Shown: positions 1-9,725, numbered from the whole stretch's first letter. The stretch: DNA of 63,886 nt, filler included, from 7 parts of 7 records of this genome joined end to end with filler, not necessarily neighbours in it; one strand, 5' to 3'. The notes: generated by a model from the sequence alone, not told the origin. Numbers and translations: made by a program.

Positions 1-26
1 TGCTCTACCGACTGAGCTACAGCGGC
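1..26 (-). tRNA. 5' end of a tRNA gene (acceptor stem and D-arm), truncated by window edge; isotype not readable, Thr-like start
   Basis: Reverse complement GCCGCTGTAGCTCAGTCGGTAGAGCA = acceptor 5' strand plus canonical TAGCTCAG-TCGGT-AGAGC D-arm. Confidence 0.85.
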
Positions 27-38
27 AACTGCTCGAGC

Positions 39-68
39 ATAATACTTAAAAAGCCTCTTTTCTGTCAA
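39..68 (-). promoter_or_regulatory. sigma70 promoter of the tRNA gene
   Basis: TTGACA (68-63), 18-nt spacer, TATTAT (44-39), 12 nt before the tRNA 5' end. Confidence 0.65.
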
Positions 69-215
69 CAGCCCATGGAAAAAATATTTCTCATCCCGAA
101 ATGAAGGCCCGGGCTATGGATCCGGCGGATTGCGGGGCGGTCTGTTTCCCTTATCCGAAAGGGCGGAGAGGGCGGTCCTTGCAACTTTTCCTTCGGCGGG
201 GTACATAAAGAAGCT

Positions 216-557
216 ATGTATAAACTTGTATTTTTCGTTCCTTCCGATGCGAAGGAGAAGGTGAAGGAAGCCCTGTTCGATATCGGCGCGGGATCGCTTG
301 GAGATTACTCGCGCTGCAGCTGGGAGTGCGAAGGCAGGGGGCAGTTCATGCCCATGCCGGGAAGCCATCCCGTTCTGGGTGAGCATAACAGTCTGGAGAG
401 ATTCCCCGAGTTCCGGGTAGAGATGCTGGTCTCCGAGGAGCTGATCCCCCTTTGCATCGAAACCATCCACCTTAGCCATCCCTTCGAAGTCCCGGCCTTC
501 GAGTTCTCCCGCGTGCTGACCGACGCCTCAGATCTGGGCGGGGAGGAGTGGCTTTAG
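216..557 (+). CDS. NIF3/YqfO-like small PII-fold protein
   Basis: MYKLVFFVP...VKEALFDIGAG.LGDYSRCS..EGRGQF.P..GSHP..G...HPFEVPAF signature. Confidence 0.85.
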   Translation: MYKLVFFVPSDAKEKVKEALFDIGAGSLGDYSRCSWECEGRGQFMPMPGSHPVLGEHNSLERFPEFRVEMLVSEELIPLCIETIHLSHPFEVPAFEFSRVLTDASDLGGEEWL

Positions 558-596
558 GGATTCAAGCCGCTGAACGAGAGCCCCGTCGGAGCCTCC

Positions 597-1316
597 TCAG
601 ATATAGCCCATGGCCGCCTGTATGAGGGCGCATCCCATATGGGCGGCCGTCTCGGTTCTGAGGACGCGGCTTCCCAGGGAGTAGACGGCGAATCCCCGCT
701 CTCTCAGTATGTCCCTCTCCCTGTCGCTCCATCCCCGCTCGGGGCCGAGGGCCAGGCAGGTTCGCCTCTTGACGGGCGCGTAGGCCTTGAGGGGCCCGGC
801 GGGCGATACATTGTCCAGAGCCAGGAGGTCCGTTTCCTCTTCCAGCTTATCGATGGCCCGGTAGAGGGAGTAGAACTTATCCACTGCGGGCATAAGGGTC
901 GATTCTCCCTGGGCCATTCCCAAATCCACGGCCTCCTTCCATTCTCCCTTGCTCCAGAGGCGGCTGGTCAGGTAGGACTTCTCCCCCAGATCGGTGCCGG
1001 TGAAGATGATGCGCGCGACGCCCGCGGCGCTGAGATCTCTCAGGAGCCGTTTCGCCGTGGGGGGGCGGGGGGTTCCGATGATAAGGGTGAGCGGACAGAG
1101 GGGAGGGGAGGCCTTTTCCCCTTTGAAGTCAAGGCGGAGGCTGCCGTCCTCGGCGATCTCTCTTATAAGGGCCTTTCCCATAAGCCCGTTCCTCTCTCCC
1201 GCGTCCAGCAGGTCTCCCTTTCTGGACTTGAGTATGGTCCTGATATGGACGGACCGGGGATCGTCGGCCTTCAGGGGGCGTTTCCATTCCCCGGGTTCAA
1301 ATAACAGCAGATTCAT
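597..1316 (-). CDS. rsmE: 16S rRNA (uracil1498-N3)-methyltransferase RsmE
   Basis: H-I-R-T-I-L-K N-terminus; SPOUT motifs LGPERGWS and LGSRVLRTETA. Confidence 0.9.
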   Translation of the reverse strand: MNLLLFEPGEWKRPLKADDPRSVHIRTILKSRKGDLLDAGERNGLMGKALIREIAEDGSLRLDFKGEKASPPLCPLTLIIGTPRPPTAKRLLRDLSAAGVARIIFTGTDLGEKSYLTSRLWSKGEWKEAVDLGMAQGESTLMPAVDKFYSLYRAIDKLEEETDLLALDNVSPAGPLKAYAPVKRRTCLALGPERGWSDRERDILRERGFAVYSLGSRVLRTETAAHMGCALIQAAMGYI

Positions 1317-1455
1317 GATAGTTTCCGAGTATAGCCTTAAATCCCCTGCTTTGTAAATTTGCCGTGATTTTCTAAAGAACTGTCCGGCGGGGATTTACAG
1401 CACCGGCGGATTATGGCATAGTCCTGTGCGGAAGAAAGGCGAATCAGGAGAGAAC

Positions 1456-1761
1456 ATGGAAGACTTGAAGGGTTTTCAGCGCAGCTACCTCAGCAAGAAG
1501 GCACACGGATTGAAACCAGTCGTGATGATCGGTGGAAACGGCCTGACCGAAGCGGTGATCAAAGCCGTTGACACGGAACTGGAAAACCATGAAATGATCA
1601 AGGTCAAGTTTGTGGATTTCAAAGAGGCCCGCAGGGAACTGGCCGCAGAGCTGGCCGGGAAAACGGATGCCCATCTCGTAAGGGTCATCGGCAATATAGC
1701 TGTCCTTTACCGCTACCAGAGAGACCACGACAAACGTATCTACCACGTTCCCAAGAGCTGA
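1456..1761 (+). CDS. yhbY: CRM-domain RNA-binding ribosome assembly protein YhbY
   Basis: QRSYL.KKAHGLKPVVMIG..GLT...HEMIKVK...IGNIAVLY; ATG at 1456 follows AGGAG. Confidence 0.92.
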   Translation: MEDLKGFQRSYLSKKAHGLKPVVMIGGNGLTEAVIKAVDTELENHEMIKVKFVDFKEARRELAAELAGKTDAHLVRVIGNIAVLYRYQRDHDKRIYHVPKS

Positions 1762-1826
1762 GCGCATCACTTCATTTCATTGCCGCGCAGCAGGGCCCTC
1801 CTTATCAGGAGCCGGCCCTTTTTCAG

Positions 1827-2312
1827 CTACTGCTTTTCGTACTGCTGAACCTCTTCGTACTTGTACTCCACGGTGACGCCGGCGATTCTGAACATCTCTT
1901 CCGATTCAGCGCCCGCATGATATTTCCGCTCGCAGTAAACCCGCGTGATGCCGCAGCTGATAATCAGCATGGCGCAGGTCCGGCAGGGCGTCATCCGGCA
2001 GTAGAGGGTCCCTCCTTCCAGGGCGACCCCCCTTTTGGCGGCCTGGCAGATGGCGTTCTGTTCGGCATGAACGGTTCGGACGCAGTGCTGGCTCTTATGC
2101 CCGTCTTCATGGATGGTGGTCTTGAACTGATGCCCCACCTCATCGCAATGGGGAAGTCCCGGAGGGGCTCCCACGTATCCTGTGGCCAGTATCTGCCTGT
2201 CCCTGGCAATCACGCATCCGCTCCTGCCCCTGTCGCAGGTCGCCCGTTTGGAAATAGCGTCGCAGACCTCCATAAAGTACTCATCCCAGCTGGGTCTGAT
2301 ATAGTCGGACAT
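1827..2312 (-). CDS. dCMP deaminase / ComEB-like zinc deaminase
   Basis: RPSWDEYFM, HAEQNAI and PCRTC zinc-deaminase motifs. Confidence 0.92.
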   Translation of the reverse strand: MSDYIRPSWDEYFMEVCDAISKRATCDRGRSGCVIARDRQILATGYVGAPPGLPHCDEVGHQFKTTIHEDGHKSQHCVRTVHAEQNAICQAAKRGVALEGGTLYCRMTPCRTCAMLIISCGITRVYCERKYHAGAESEEMFRIAGVTVEYKYEEVQQYEKQ

Positions 2313-2523
2313 GTCGATTGCCTCCTGTTTAAGTTCCGTATCTTGTGAGCCAAGTATAAACGAAAAAGCAATTTCTGAGAAAGCTCTTTTTTATCCGCCC
2401 CTTGGAGGGTATATTTAAGGGCGACCCGAGTTTTTCACAGACTCAGGGAAAGGCCCTTCGGCCCTGTTCTGGGGAAGTCCCGGGGCACCGGCGGGGCATC
2501 GGCTGTACGAATGGAGGATTGTA

Positions 2524-2889
2524 ATGAGTGCGAGTGAGTTTATGCGCAGCTGCAAGCAGCTCAGAAAGAAATACAACTATGAATCGGGTCCCGAGTTTCT
2601 CGATCAGCTGAAGGAGCTGTTTCTGGGGGCCCTGGGACAGCCCGAGGATATGGGTCAGGAACTCTTTGACTACTGCCTGGGTTCCGGGAGCTTTGAGGAC
2701 AGGCATGCCGAAAAACTGGGGGATATGGTGGACCTTTTCGCCATGGGCTATGATTCCGGTTACAATCAGCTGGGTGACGAGGACTGGGATTATCTGAAAG
2801 AGCTTGTGAACGCTTATGCCCTGGACATGGATATGGACGTGGTCACCTATGTGATGCAGCATGTGGTGGAGGCCGGCGCTTTCGACTGA
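2524..2889 (+). CDS. hypothetical acidic protein
   Basis: 121-aa ORF with GGAGG RBS and host-like codon use. Confidence 0.7.
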   Translation: MSASEFMRSCKQLRKKYNYESGPEFLDQLKELFLGALGQPEDMGQELFDYCLGSGSFEDRHAEKLGDMVDLFAMGYDSGYNQLGDEDWDYLKELVNAYALDMDMDVVTYVMQHVVEAGAFD

Positions 2890-2924
2890 ATATGAACGTT
2901 TTTGAATAGAATGTTCAACTTTGT

Positions 2925-2943
2925 AAAGATAATGTTTATCTTT
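2925..2943. promoter_or_regulatory. palindromic operator, Fur-box-like
   Basis: AAAGATAA-TGT-TTATCTTT; core aGATAATgtTTATCt matches 11/14 of TGATAAT-N-ATTATCA. Confidence 0.4.
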
Positions 2944-2984
2944 TGTTAATTTTCTTTGATTTCGGGCTGTTCCATACTCTTGCT

Positions 2985-3683
2985 ATGGAAAAGATACTGG
3001 TAATTGAAGACTCTCTCAGCATTCGTGAATCGGTGGAAAGCTATCTGAAGTTAAACGATTATGAGGTCGTCGCCTACGACAACTGTCAGGACTCCGCCAG
3101 GGCTCTTGAAACCTTCTCTCCCGATCTGGCGGTGGTGGATATCTCCCTTCCCGACGGAAACGGCTTCTTCTTCGCCAGGGACCATCTGGCTCCCGGTCAG
3201 ATCCCCTTTCTTTTCCTCAGCTCCCAGCGGGATGAGTCGGATCGGATTACGGGGCTTGAACTGGGGGCTATGGACTATATCTCCAAGCCCTTCTCTCTGA
3301 AAGAGCTGGTGATGAGGGTCAAGGCCATCCTGAAGCGGATCGGCCCTGCGGGACAGGGCGGCGTGAGGGAGTGCCGAAAGTGGAAGACCGGGAACGATGT
3401 CCTCGAATATGTGGAGAGCCGTCATCTGGTGAAGGTGAACAACCGGCCCGTACATCTGACGACCATGGAGTGGGAGATCTTCTCATACCTGATCGGCCAT
3501 GACGGTTCCATCCTCTCCCGGGATCAGATCCGCAAACATCTTCAGTACCTGAGCGGAGAGATCAGCCGCCGTACGGTGGATTCCCATATCAAGAACATAA
3601 GAAGGAAGCTGGACTCCCCGGACTGGATAGAGGCCGTCCGCAGCTTCGGTTTCCGTTTCGCCGGAGAGGCTCTGCTTGACTAA
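2985..3683 (+). CDS. OmpR-family response regulator
   Basis: Receiver (ILVIED, DISLPDGNG, KPF) plus winged-helix RTVDSHIKNIRRKL...VRSFGFRF; ATG 2985 preferred over TTG 2943. Confidence 0.93.
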   Translation: MEKILVIEDSLSIRESVESYLKLNDYEVVAYDNCQDSARALETFSPDLAVVDISLPDGNGFFFARDHLAPGQIPFLFLSSQRDESDRITGLELGAMDYISKPFSLKELVMRVKAILKRIGPAGQGGVRECRKWKTGNDVLEYVESRHLVKVNNRPVHLTTMEWEIFSYLIGHDGSILSRDQIRKHLQYLSGEISRRTVDSHIKNIRRKLDSPDWIEAVRSFGFRFAGEALLD

Positions 3684-4998
3684 GACCTTCGCTCGCATTT
3701 TCCGGATACAGGTTCTTATCATTCTCATATCGAACCTGCTCTTCTGTATCATATTCCTGAGCTTCGCCTTCAGGCTTTACAAACAGGCCCTGGCCACTGA
3801 TACGGATAGGGCGGCGGACAATCTTATCTATCTGGCGCAGAAAGAGTTCCGGACGAACGGCGAGCTTTTCCATGAAAAATGTGATGAGCAGGAGTTCAGG
3901 CGCTTCTTTCCCCGGATTCAGACTCTCCGCATTTCCAATGCCCGGGGAGAGCTGTTGCGCAACTGCGGAGACAGCTCCCTGGACAAGAGCGGTTTTCCCA
4001 GGCGGCTCTTCGATTCCAGCATCCGCAGCTTTCGTTACCGTGATGGAGAAGATCTCCTCATCATGGAGGTCTTTCCTTTTATTACACCCGGGGGAAAGGA
4101 CAGCGAGCCCAGCTACTGGATCTGGACCAATGTGAAGAGAACGGGCTATATACTGCTGGGGGAGATGCTGTTCGCCCTGGTGTTCGCATTCTTCCTTTCC
4201 CGCTTCCTGTCCCGGGACAGCAACCGTCTGTCCGCATCTCTGCTCCGCCTGGCCGACGGTCATTGGGAAGAGGATATTCCCGACGGAATAATGGAAGAGA
4301 ACAGAAAGATTGCAGAGGCCGTCCGCATCCTTCAATACAGGCTGATCCGTCAGAGAAAGATGATCTTAAGGCGGCTGCAGGAGCTGACCCACGATCTGAA
4401 GAGCCCCATTTCCGGGGTGTATACCCAGATCGAAGCCATAGAACTGGGATCTCTGCCCCTTACGGAAGAACGATTCAGCCGCATCTACGGCGAACTGAAG
4501 TATCTGAACGGTCTGGTCGACGATATGGCCGAATACTACAGACTGGAAGACGATGCCCTTCCCATTAGCATCGATACCATATCGAGCGATGCCTTCCTCG
4601 ATACATTGAGGCTTCGATTCGAACCCCTGGCCCAGAAGGCGATGAAAACCCTCCGCTGTCAAAAGGATATCGACAGTTTCAAAGGGGATTCCGAGCTCCT
4701 GTCCCGGGCCGTAGGCAATCTGCTGAGCAATGCCGTAAGCCATGGCGGGGGCGCGGGCATAAGCCTTCGCATCCGCAGCGAAGGCGATCATGTTCTCATC
4801 ATGGTGGAGAATGACGGCGCCATCCCCGAGCAGGATCTTGCCCGGCTGATGTCCCGTTACTGGAGCCGCAGGAAGAACGGCAGCGGCCTGGGGCTTTCCA
4901 TTGCGGACCTGATTGCCCAGAAGCACCGCGGATTCCTGACAGTCCGGAATTCGGAAGCGGACAGCGTCGTTTTCACTATCTCCCTCCCCCTTTCCTAG
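3676..4998 (+). CDS. membrane sensor histidine kinase (HAMP-HisKA-HATPase)
   Basis: Two TM segments, H-box LTHDLKSP, N-box NLLSNA, G-box GSGLGLSI; overlaps regulator stop. Confidence 0.92.
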   Translation: MTKTFARIFRIQVLIILISNLLFCIIFLSFAFRLYKQALATDTDRAADNLIYLAQKEFRTNGELFHEKCDEQEFRRFFPRIQTLRISNARGELLRNCGDSSLDKSGFPRRLFDSSIRSFRYRDGEDLLIMEVFPFITPGGKDSEPSYWIWTNVKRTGYILLGEMLFALVFAFFLSRFLSRDSNRLSASLLRLADGHWEEDIPDGIMEENRKIAEAVRILQYRLIRQRKMILRRLQELTHDLKSPISGVYTQIEAIELGSLPLTEERFSRIYGELKYLNGLVDDMAEYYRLEDDALPISIDTISSDAFLDTLRLRFEPLAQKAMKTLRCQKDIDSFKGDSELLSRAVGNLLSNAVSHGGGAGISLRIRSEGDHVLIMVENDGAIPEQDLARLMSRYWSRRKNGSGLGLSIADLIAQKHRGFLTVRNSEADSVVFTISLPLS

Positions 4999-5193
4999 AC
5001 CGGCCTGATTTATGTCTCCTCTCTCCGATTAAGGGGGTGGAGCATCTGCTTCCGTCTGCTACATGCTGCGACGTTTCTTCAAAATCCTGCCATCAAATCC
5101 TATATCCACTTCATCCGACCGCCCACGGCGGCTCCTAGGATCTAATCATACACGGGAGTTCCTGTGTGAATTTCTAGAATATGGAGTTTGGAA

Positions 5194-5627
5194 ATGAAAG
5201 CGAAAATTACACTGCTTCTTTCTGCGCTGTTGATAATGACAGCCCCCGTCTTCGCCGAGGTCACCGTATCCGGCGAGTTCGTCTTCGGATTCAATGAGTC
5301 CGATTCCGAGTATGAAGAGGTCTTCGATACGGCGGATCTGATCTTTACCGGCAGCTCTGCCAAAGGCTTTGCCGAGGTCATCGTCGGATTGGACCTGACC
5401 TATGTGGACACCGATCCCACCGATGCCGATGAGAAGCTCAGCGAGGATATTCTCGATAAGATGTACGCCACGCTGGACGTAACCGGCGCCGCCGGCATCG
5501 AGTCTCCCGTGGACCTCACCCTTATCGTCGGTAAGACCAATTTCGAGCCCGAAGGCTACCTGGGCGACGTACGCGCTTACACTGTGGACGATGTTATCAA
5601 CGTGGAATCCACCAACAATGTATACCT
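5194..5627 (+). CDS. exported acidic protein, possibly outer-membrane/major-surface type; 3' truncated
   Basis: Signal peptide MKAKITLLLSALLIMTAPVFA followed by beta-strand-like EVTVSGEFVFGF; runs into spacer. Confidence 0.6.
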
Positions 5628-5727
5628 NNNNNNNNNNNNNNNNNNNNNNNNNNNNNNNNNNNNNNNNNNNNTTAATTAATTAANNNNNNNNNNNNNNNNN
5701 NNNNNNNNNNNNNNNNNNNNNNNNNNN
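5628..5727. other. artificial contig spacer
   Basis: N44-TTAATTAATTAA-N44 (stops in all six frames); abrupt GC shift. Confidence 0.98.
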
Positions 5728-6281
5728 TTACTTTGTTTGCCTGAATAATGCCAATGGTGTTTATTTTCCGAAGTCCCATGAACTGGGTTAAGGTGCCGAA
5801 CACCGGTTCGACAGTAGATTGCCGCTTGCCTTTCATTCTCCTTCCATATTTGCTTCGGACTCTTTTGTTATTGCGCTCGTAGTGCTCTTTGTAGACGGTA
5901 ACAGCAATTTTCTTTTCAAAGCCTTTGCCAATACACTTTTGTTTTATCGGTCAGTTTTTACAGTCTCCCCTCTTGGTTAAGTAATGATTCTGAAGGGAAT
6001 TCTTCACCATTTTTCGCTTGCGAAAGGTAACTTTTTTACCTTCTGGACATAGCCAGTAGTTTTCCTGCTTATTAAAGGTAAATCCTTCCGGACCGCCTTT
6101 GTAAGTTCCGTGAGGTGGAATGTAACTTAGGATATTTTCTTTTTCAAGAAATGCATAGTTTTCTCCGCTGCTGTAACCTGCATCGGCAAGCAGGCTGGTA
6201 AACAGCAAGCCTTGCTTTTTCAATCGTCCCTTCAATCGTTTGGTGGGATCCTGTAGGTACCTATTGTCTTTTTTATCGGAA
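5728..6281 (-). pseudogene. IS1182-family transposase remnant (5' truncated, internal TGA)
   Basis: LADAGYSSGENY, CPEGK, CKN*PIKQKC and RQSTVEPVFGTL motifs in one frame, with TGA at 5951-5953. Confidence 0.85.
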
Positions 6282-6434
6282 TAAATAAGATTAACATTTC
6301 CTTACAATTTAATAAGAGCTTACCATCCTATTTAAACCTATTCTTAATTTAACAATTTTATATTCTATAATGAAATAATATGTAAATTTAATCGATTTAT
6401 ATATTGTTATTACGTAAGAGCTAAATCATTTAAT

Positions 6435-6902
6435 ATGGAGTTTTATAAAGACTTGTTAAAAGAAAAACAACAATCGAAGCTAAGATTATATATCGGAATA
6501 CTTTTTTTTGCAGTTTCAATTGCCTGGATAACAATGAAAATTATTGAGAATAAACCCATTGAAACATTCGATTGGGTATACTCTGGTATATTCCTTTTAA
6601 ATGCTTTAATTCACATCTTAGGTGCTATAGGATATCCTTTTGAAGGATTATTTGGTAAGGCTTTTATCCAAATCGATAACAGATCAATAAGAATAAAATC
6701 ATGGATATTTGAAAAAGAGCAAAGTGCAGTTTGGGATGATATTCAATCCATCGAATTTAAAATGAATCAACTATTACTCTCAGAAAAAGATGATTCATGT
6801 ACATCCATCAGTTTATCAAAGCTAGAATATCTGTGGGTTCAAGAAATAAAGGATACCTTAAGAAATCTGGCAAGTAAAAAAGACATTCACATTAAAGAGT
6901 AA
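6435..6902 (+). CDS. hypothetical membrane protein (2 TM plus PH-like C-terminus)
   Basis: 155-aa ORF, two hydrophobic helices, W-D-D-I-Q-S-I pattern. Confidence 0.7.
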   Translation: MEFYKDLLKEKQQSKLRLYIGILFFAVSIAWITMKIIENKPIETFDWVYSGIFLLNALIHILGAIGYPFEGLFGKAFIQIDNRSIRIKSWIFEKEQSAVWDDIQSIEFKMNQLLLSEKDDSCTSISLSKLEYLWVQEIKDTLRNLASKKDIHIKE

Positions 6903-6918
6903 ACTCAATCTATTAGAA

Positions 6919-7641
6919 ATGAAAGAACCCATTTTCCTAATTGTTATAACATCAATAATAATCATAGCAATATTGGCTATTTACTTTAGTAAGAAGGCAA
7001 TGATTAAAAGGAAACTTAAAAATTCCAATTACAAGAGAATTGCCGATTTTAAAGATGGTGAAATAGCCAAAATTGTTGGTTGCATAGAAATAATTGACAC
7101 CCCCCTGTACTCTCCCCTTTCCAAACGTGAATGTTCTCATTACTACGTGCAAGTAGAACAAGAAAAAACATCAGGAAATAGTTCTACATGGGAAACTATT
7201 ATTGAAGAAGAAGTTACAAGTAGATACCTCATTAAAGATGGAATTCGATATGCAATTATCAATGATAAAAAGTTAAAATCATATATCGTTCAGGATGCAA
7301 AATTTTCTTCAGGTTTTTGGAATGACGCTACTGAAAATCTCGAAAATTATCTTAAAAGCAAGGAAGAAGAGAGTGAAGGATTTTTTGGATTTAATAAAAC
7401 CCTACGTTTTAAAGAAGGAGTTCTGGAGAAAGGTGAAGAAATTGCTGTTCTTGGTAAAGGCAAATGGAAAGATGCCAGCAGCTTGAATTTACCGGAAAAA
7501 TATGGGAAAGTTTTAGAATTAACGTCAACCAATGAACAGGCTATTTACTTAAGTGATGATACTTGTACAACGGAGAAAATCAGCAAGCCAGATCCTTCAT
7601 CTGACAAAAGAACTATTACAAAAAAACGCTACAAAAAATAA
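6919..7641 (+). CDS. membrane-anchored GIDE/BAM-like domain protein
   Basis: N-terminal TM; PLYSPLSKRECSHY and EGVLEKGEEIAVLG resemble GIDE-domain patterns (by eye). Confidence 0.55.
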   Translation: MKEPIFLIVITSIIIIAILAIYFSKKAMIKRKLKNSNYKRIADFKDGEIAKIVGCIEIIDTPLYSPLSKRECSHYYVQVEQEKTSGNSSTWETIIEEEVTSRYLIKDGIRYAIINDKKLKSYIVQDAKFSSGFWNDATENLENYLKSKEEESEGFFGFNKTLRFKEGVLEKGEEIAVLGKGKWKDASSLNLPEKYGKVLELTSTNEQAIYLSDDTCTTEKISKPDPSSDKRTITKKRYKK

Positions 7642-7658
7642 CAACACAATAATTTAGT

Positions 7659-8048
7659 ATGAAAAAGATCAATTTATTAATTCTATTAACAGTAATAGCT
7701 TTTGTAAGCATAGGTCAAAACAAAAAGGTTTTTGTAGAAAAATCTTTTTCCAAAATTGTAACGACAGAAGTTAAAGCGAAAAATTATAAAATTAAACCTA
7801 TTGAAACCGCTTACGATTTAGCATTAAATTTTAGTTACTTAAAGCACTTATCCGTTGATTCTCAAAATAAATATCTGGTTCTTCCAGTTGTAGTAATTAA
7901 CAATAAAACCATTAATGAGAAATCTTTACAAAGCATTAAAATAGCTGATATTGAAAATTATGAATTCAACTCTGGCGAAATAACAACTGCCTTGTATGGT
8001 ACAAGAAGTGCATATGGTCTTTTAAAGCTAACATTGAAGAAGAAATAA
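7659..8048 (+). CDS. small exported protein with TonB-dependent plug-like C-terminal motif
   Basis: Signal peptide; ends I...DIE.....TALYGTRSAYGLLKLTLKK. Confidence 0.6.
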   Translation: MKKINLLILLTVIAFVSIGQNKKVFVEKSFSKIVTTEVKAKNYKIKPIETAYDLALNFSYLKHLSVDSQNKYLVLPVVVINNKTINEKSLQSIKIADIENYEFNSGEITTALYGTRSAYGLLKLTLKKK

Positions 8049-8103
8049 TAAGCTATCCAAACGGCGGTTTGACTCCCCGATCGTTCCATCTTAAAAATCT
8101 CAA

Positions 8104-8310
8104 ATGAAACCAACACCAAAACAATTCTTCAAATCGGAACACAAAAGCCTACGTCTGTTGTACCTTATCGGTTTTGTTTGCCTTCTTACACATTGCATTT
8201 TTATTATTGTAGAAACTCTATGGGATCATAATTTTTTCCCGATAATGGCCTATGGAACTATGGCTATATTTTGGTTTCGTTACGCATATAGAACCAAACA
8301 AAAATATTAA
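8104..8310 (+). CDS. small hypothetical 2-TM protein
   Basis: 68-aa ORF with two hydrophobic stretches, same strand as neighbours. Confidence 0.5.
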   Translation: MKPTPKQFFKSEHKSLRLLYLIGFVCLLTHCIFIIVETLWDHNFFPIMAYGTMAIFWFRYAYRTKQKY

Positions 8311-8475
8311 CAATTCAACCTCATTTAGAAACTGAACATTAATCATTATACACATATCACTTATGTAAATATAAAATCATTTTATCAATTCAATCATTTT
8401 TTATAGTTGCAAATATTCGATATAACAGTACATTTTTGTATGTTTAGTTTTAAATTCTAACAAACCCACTATCAC

Positions 8476-9063
8476 ATGAAAAAAATTTTACTATTTGTAG
8501 CAGTAATTGCACTTTGTTCGTCAACATTTGCCCAAGATGTAAAATTCGGGCTTAAAGGCGGTTTAAACTTTGCTAACTTTAGAGGCGATGATCCTGATGG
8601 AGATGTTAAAACTGACATCTATTTAGGAGCATTTGCACGTTTTGGATTAACTGAAACATTAGATTTTCAACCGGAATTGGTATACTCTCGTCAAGGATCG
8701 AAAAATAAATCTGAAGGTATTGAAAGCAAGTGGAAATCAAATTACCTAAACCTTCCATTACTACTGCGCGCTAAAATGTTCGGGACTGAAAACTTCCATG
8801 GTCTTTTTGGTCCGCAGATTGGATTTCATCTAAGTTCAGAAGCTGAAGGATCTGAAGGAGATTTAACACAAAGTCAGGATGTTGACGAATTTATGAGAGG
8901 TGTAGATTTTGCATTAGCCTTAGGATTTGAATACGATATTACCGAAAAGATATCTATTGGTCTTCGTTACAATCTAGGTTTATCTGAAATCATCGATCAT
9001 GATATGTTAGAATCAGATGCAAAACATTCTGTTTTCCAATTAGGTGCATCTATATCTTTCTAA
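8476..9063 (+). CDS. PorT-like outer membrane beta-barrel (porin family)
   Basis: Signal peptide, FGLKGGLNFAN, FQPELVYSRQG, YLNLPLL, RYNLGL, terminal Phe. Confidence 0.85.
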   Translation: MKKILLFVAVIALCSSTFAQDVKFGLKGGLNFANFRGDDPDGDVKTDIYLGAFARFGLTETLDFQPELVYSRQGSKNKSEGIESKWKSNYLNLPLLLRAKMFGTENFHGLFGPQIGFHLSSEAEGSEGDLTQSQDVDEFMRGVDFALALGFEYDITEKISIGLRYNLGLSEIIDHDMLESDAKHSVFQLGASISF

Positions 9064-9087
9064 AAAAAGTTAGAACATTTAAAATAT

Positions 9088-9113
9088 AAAACCTGGCTTT
9101 TCAGCCAGGTTTT
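9088..9113. terminator. bidirectional intrinsic terminator
   Basis: AAAACCTGGCT-TTTC-AGCCAGGTTTT between convergent genes. Confidence 0.8.
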
Positions 9114-9134
9114 TCTTTTATGTACTTATAAGAT

Positions 9135-9590
9135 CTAGATTACATCCTTAATTTGATAGTGTTCTCCTTTAAATTGTATTTCATCACCTTTCTTAGCTCC
9201 TAAAAAAGCTTTTGCTATTTCAGAATTCATAGAAATAAAATAGTATTTATTCTTATCAAGCGTATATTGTCCTAGAGCTGCCATAATATAGAATCGAATT
9301 TTATCTGTAATCACCAAAGCTCCTAATCCAACTTTATTCATCTGCTCTTCTGGGCTTAAGCGATCAAAAACTTTTCTTAATTTCAGATTGTTTTGCAGCT
9401 GACGATTTACTTTTTCCTGCTCTAAATGCATCATAGCACGACCTGTTTCATGCTTATCTCCGGCCGTACTTTTACTTTCACTTCCAACCGATTCCTTTAA
9501 ATCAGCCAAAGCTTTTTTGTTTTCCTCAATTCTATAGGTAAGCCCCTCTCCCGCTAATTGGTAGAGTTCTTTTTTAAGATCAGTATTCAT
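9135..9590 (-). CDS. GreA/GreB-like protein, Bacteroidota type
   Basis: ESKSTAGDKHETGRAMMHLEQEK coiled coil; C-terminal IS..SEIAKAFLGAKKGD. Confidence 0.75.
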   Translation of the reverse strand: MNTDLKKELYQLAGEGLTYRIEENKKALADLKESVGSESKSTAGDKHETGRAMMHLEQEKVNRQLQNNLKLRKVFDRLSPEEQMNKVGLGALVITDKIRFYIMAALGQYTLDKNKYYFISMNSEIAKAFLGAKKGDEIQFKGEHYQIKDVI

Positions 9591-9671
9591 TCGTATTATT
9601 TAATTTCGCACCAATTTAGTAATTAAGATTCTAAGAGGGATATTAAATATGATCGAATTTATATGTTGGGC

Positions 9672-9703
9672 AAAAAAAAGAGATATTACTTTTGTAATAT
9701 CTC
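9672..9703 (-). terminator. intrinsic terminator of the polysaccharide operon
   Basis: GAGATATTAC-TTTT-GTAATATCTC hairpin followed by T8 on the minus strand. Confidence 0.75.
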
Positions 9704-9725
9704 AAACATAATTAATCCGGTATTA

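Noticed and set aside
5672-5683. TTAATTAATTAA palindrome recurring six times
   Set aside because: Always embedded in N-runs; it is an artificial six-frame stop linker.
5951-5953. In-frame TGA at a Cys position (CKN*P) as possible selenocysteine or recoding
   Set aside because: It lies in a 5'-truncated IS1182 transposase remnant, no SECIS-like hairpin is evident, and other genes on the contig give no sign of TGA recoding; a nonsense mutation is simpler.
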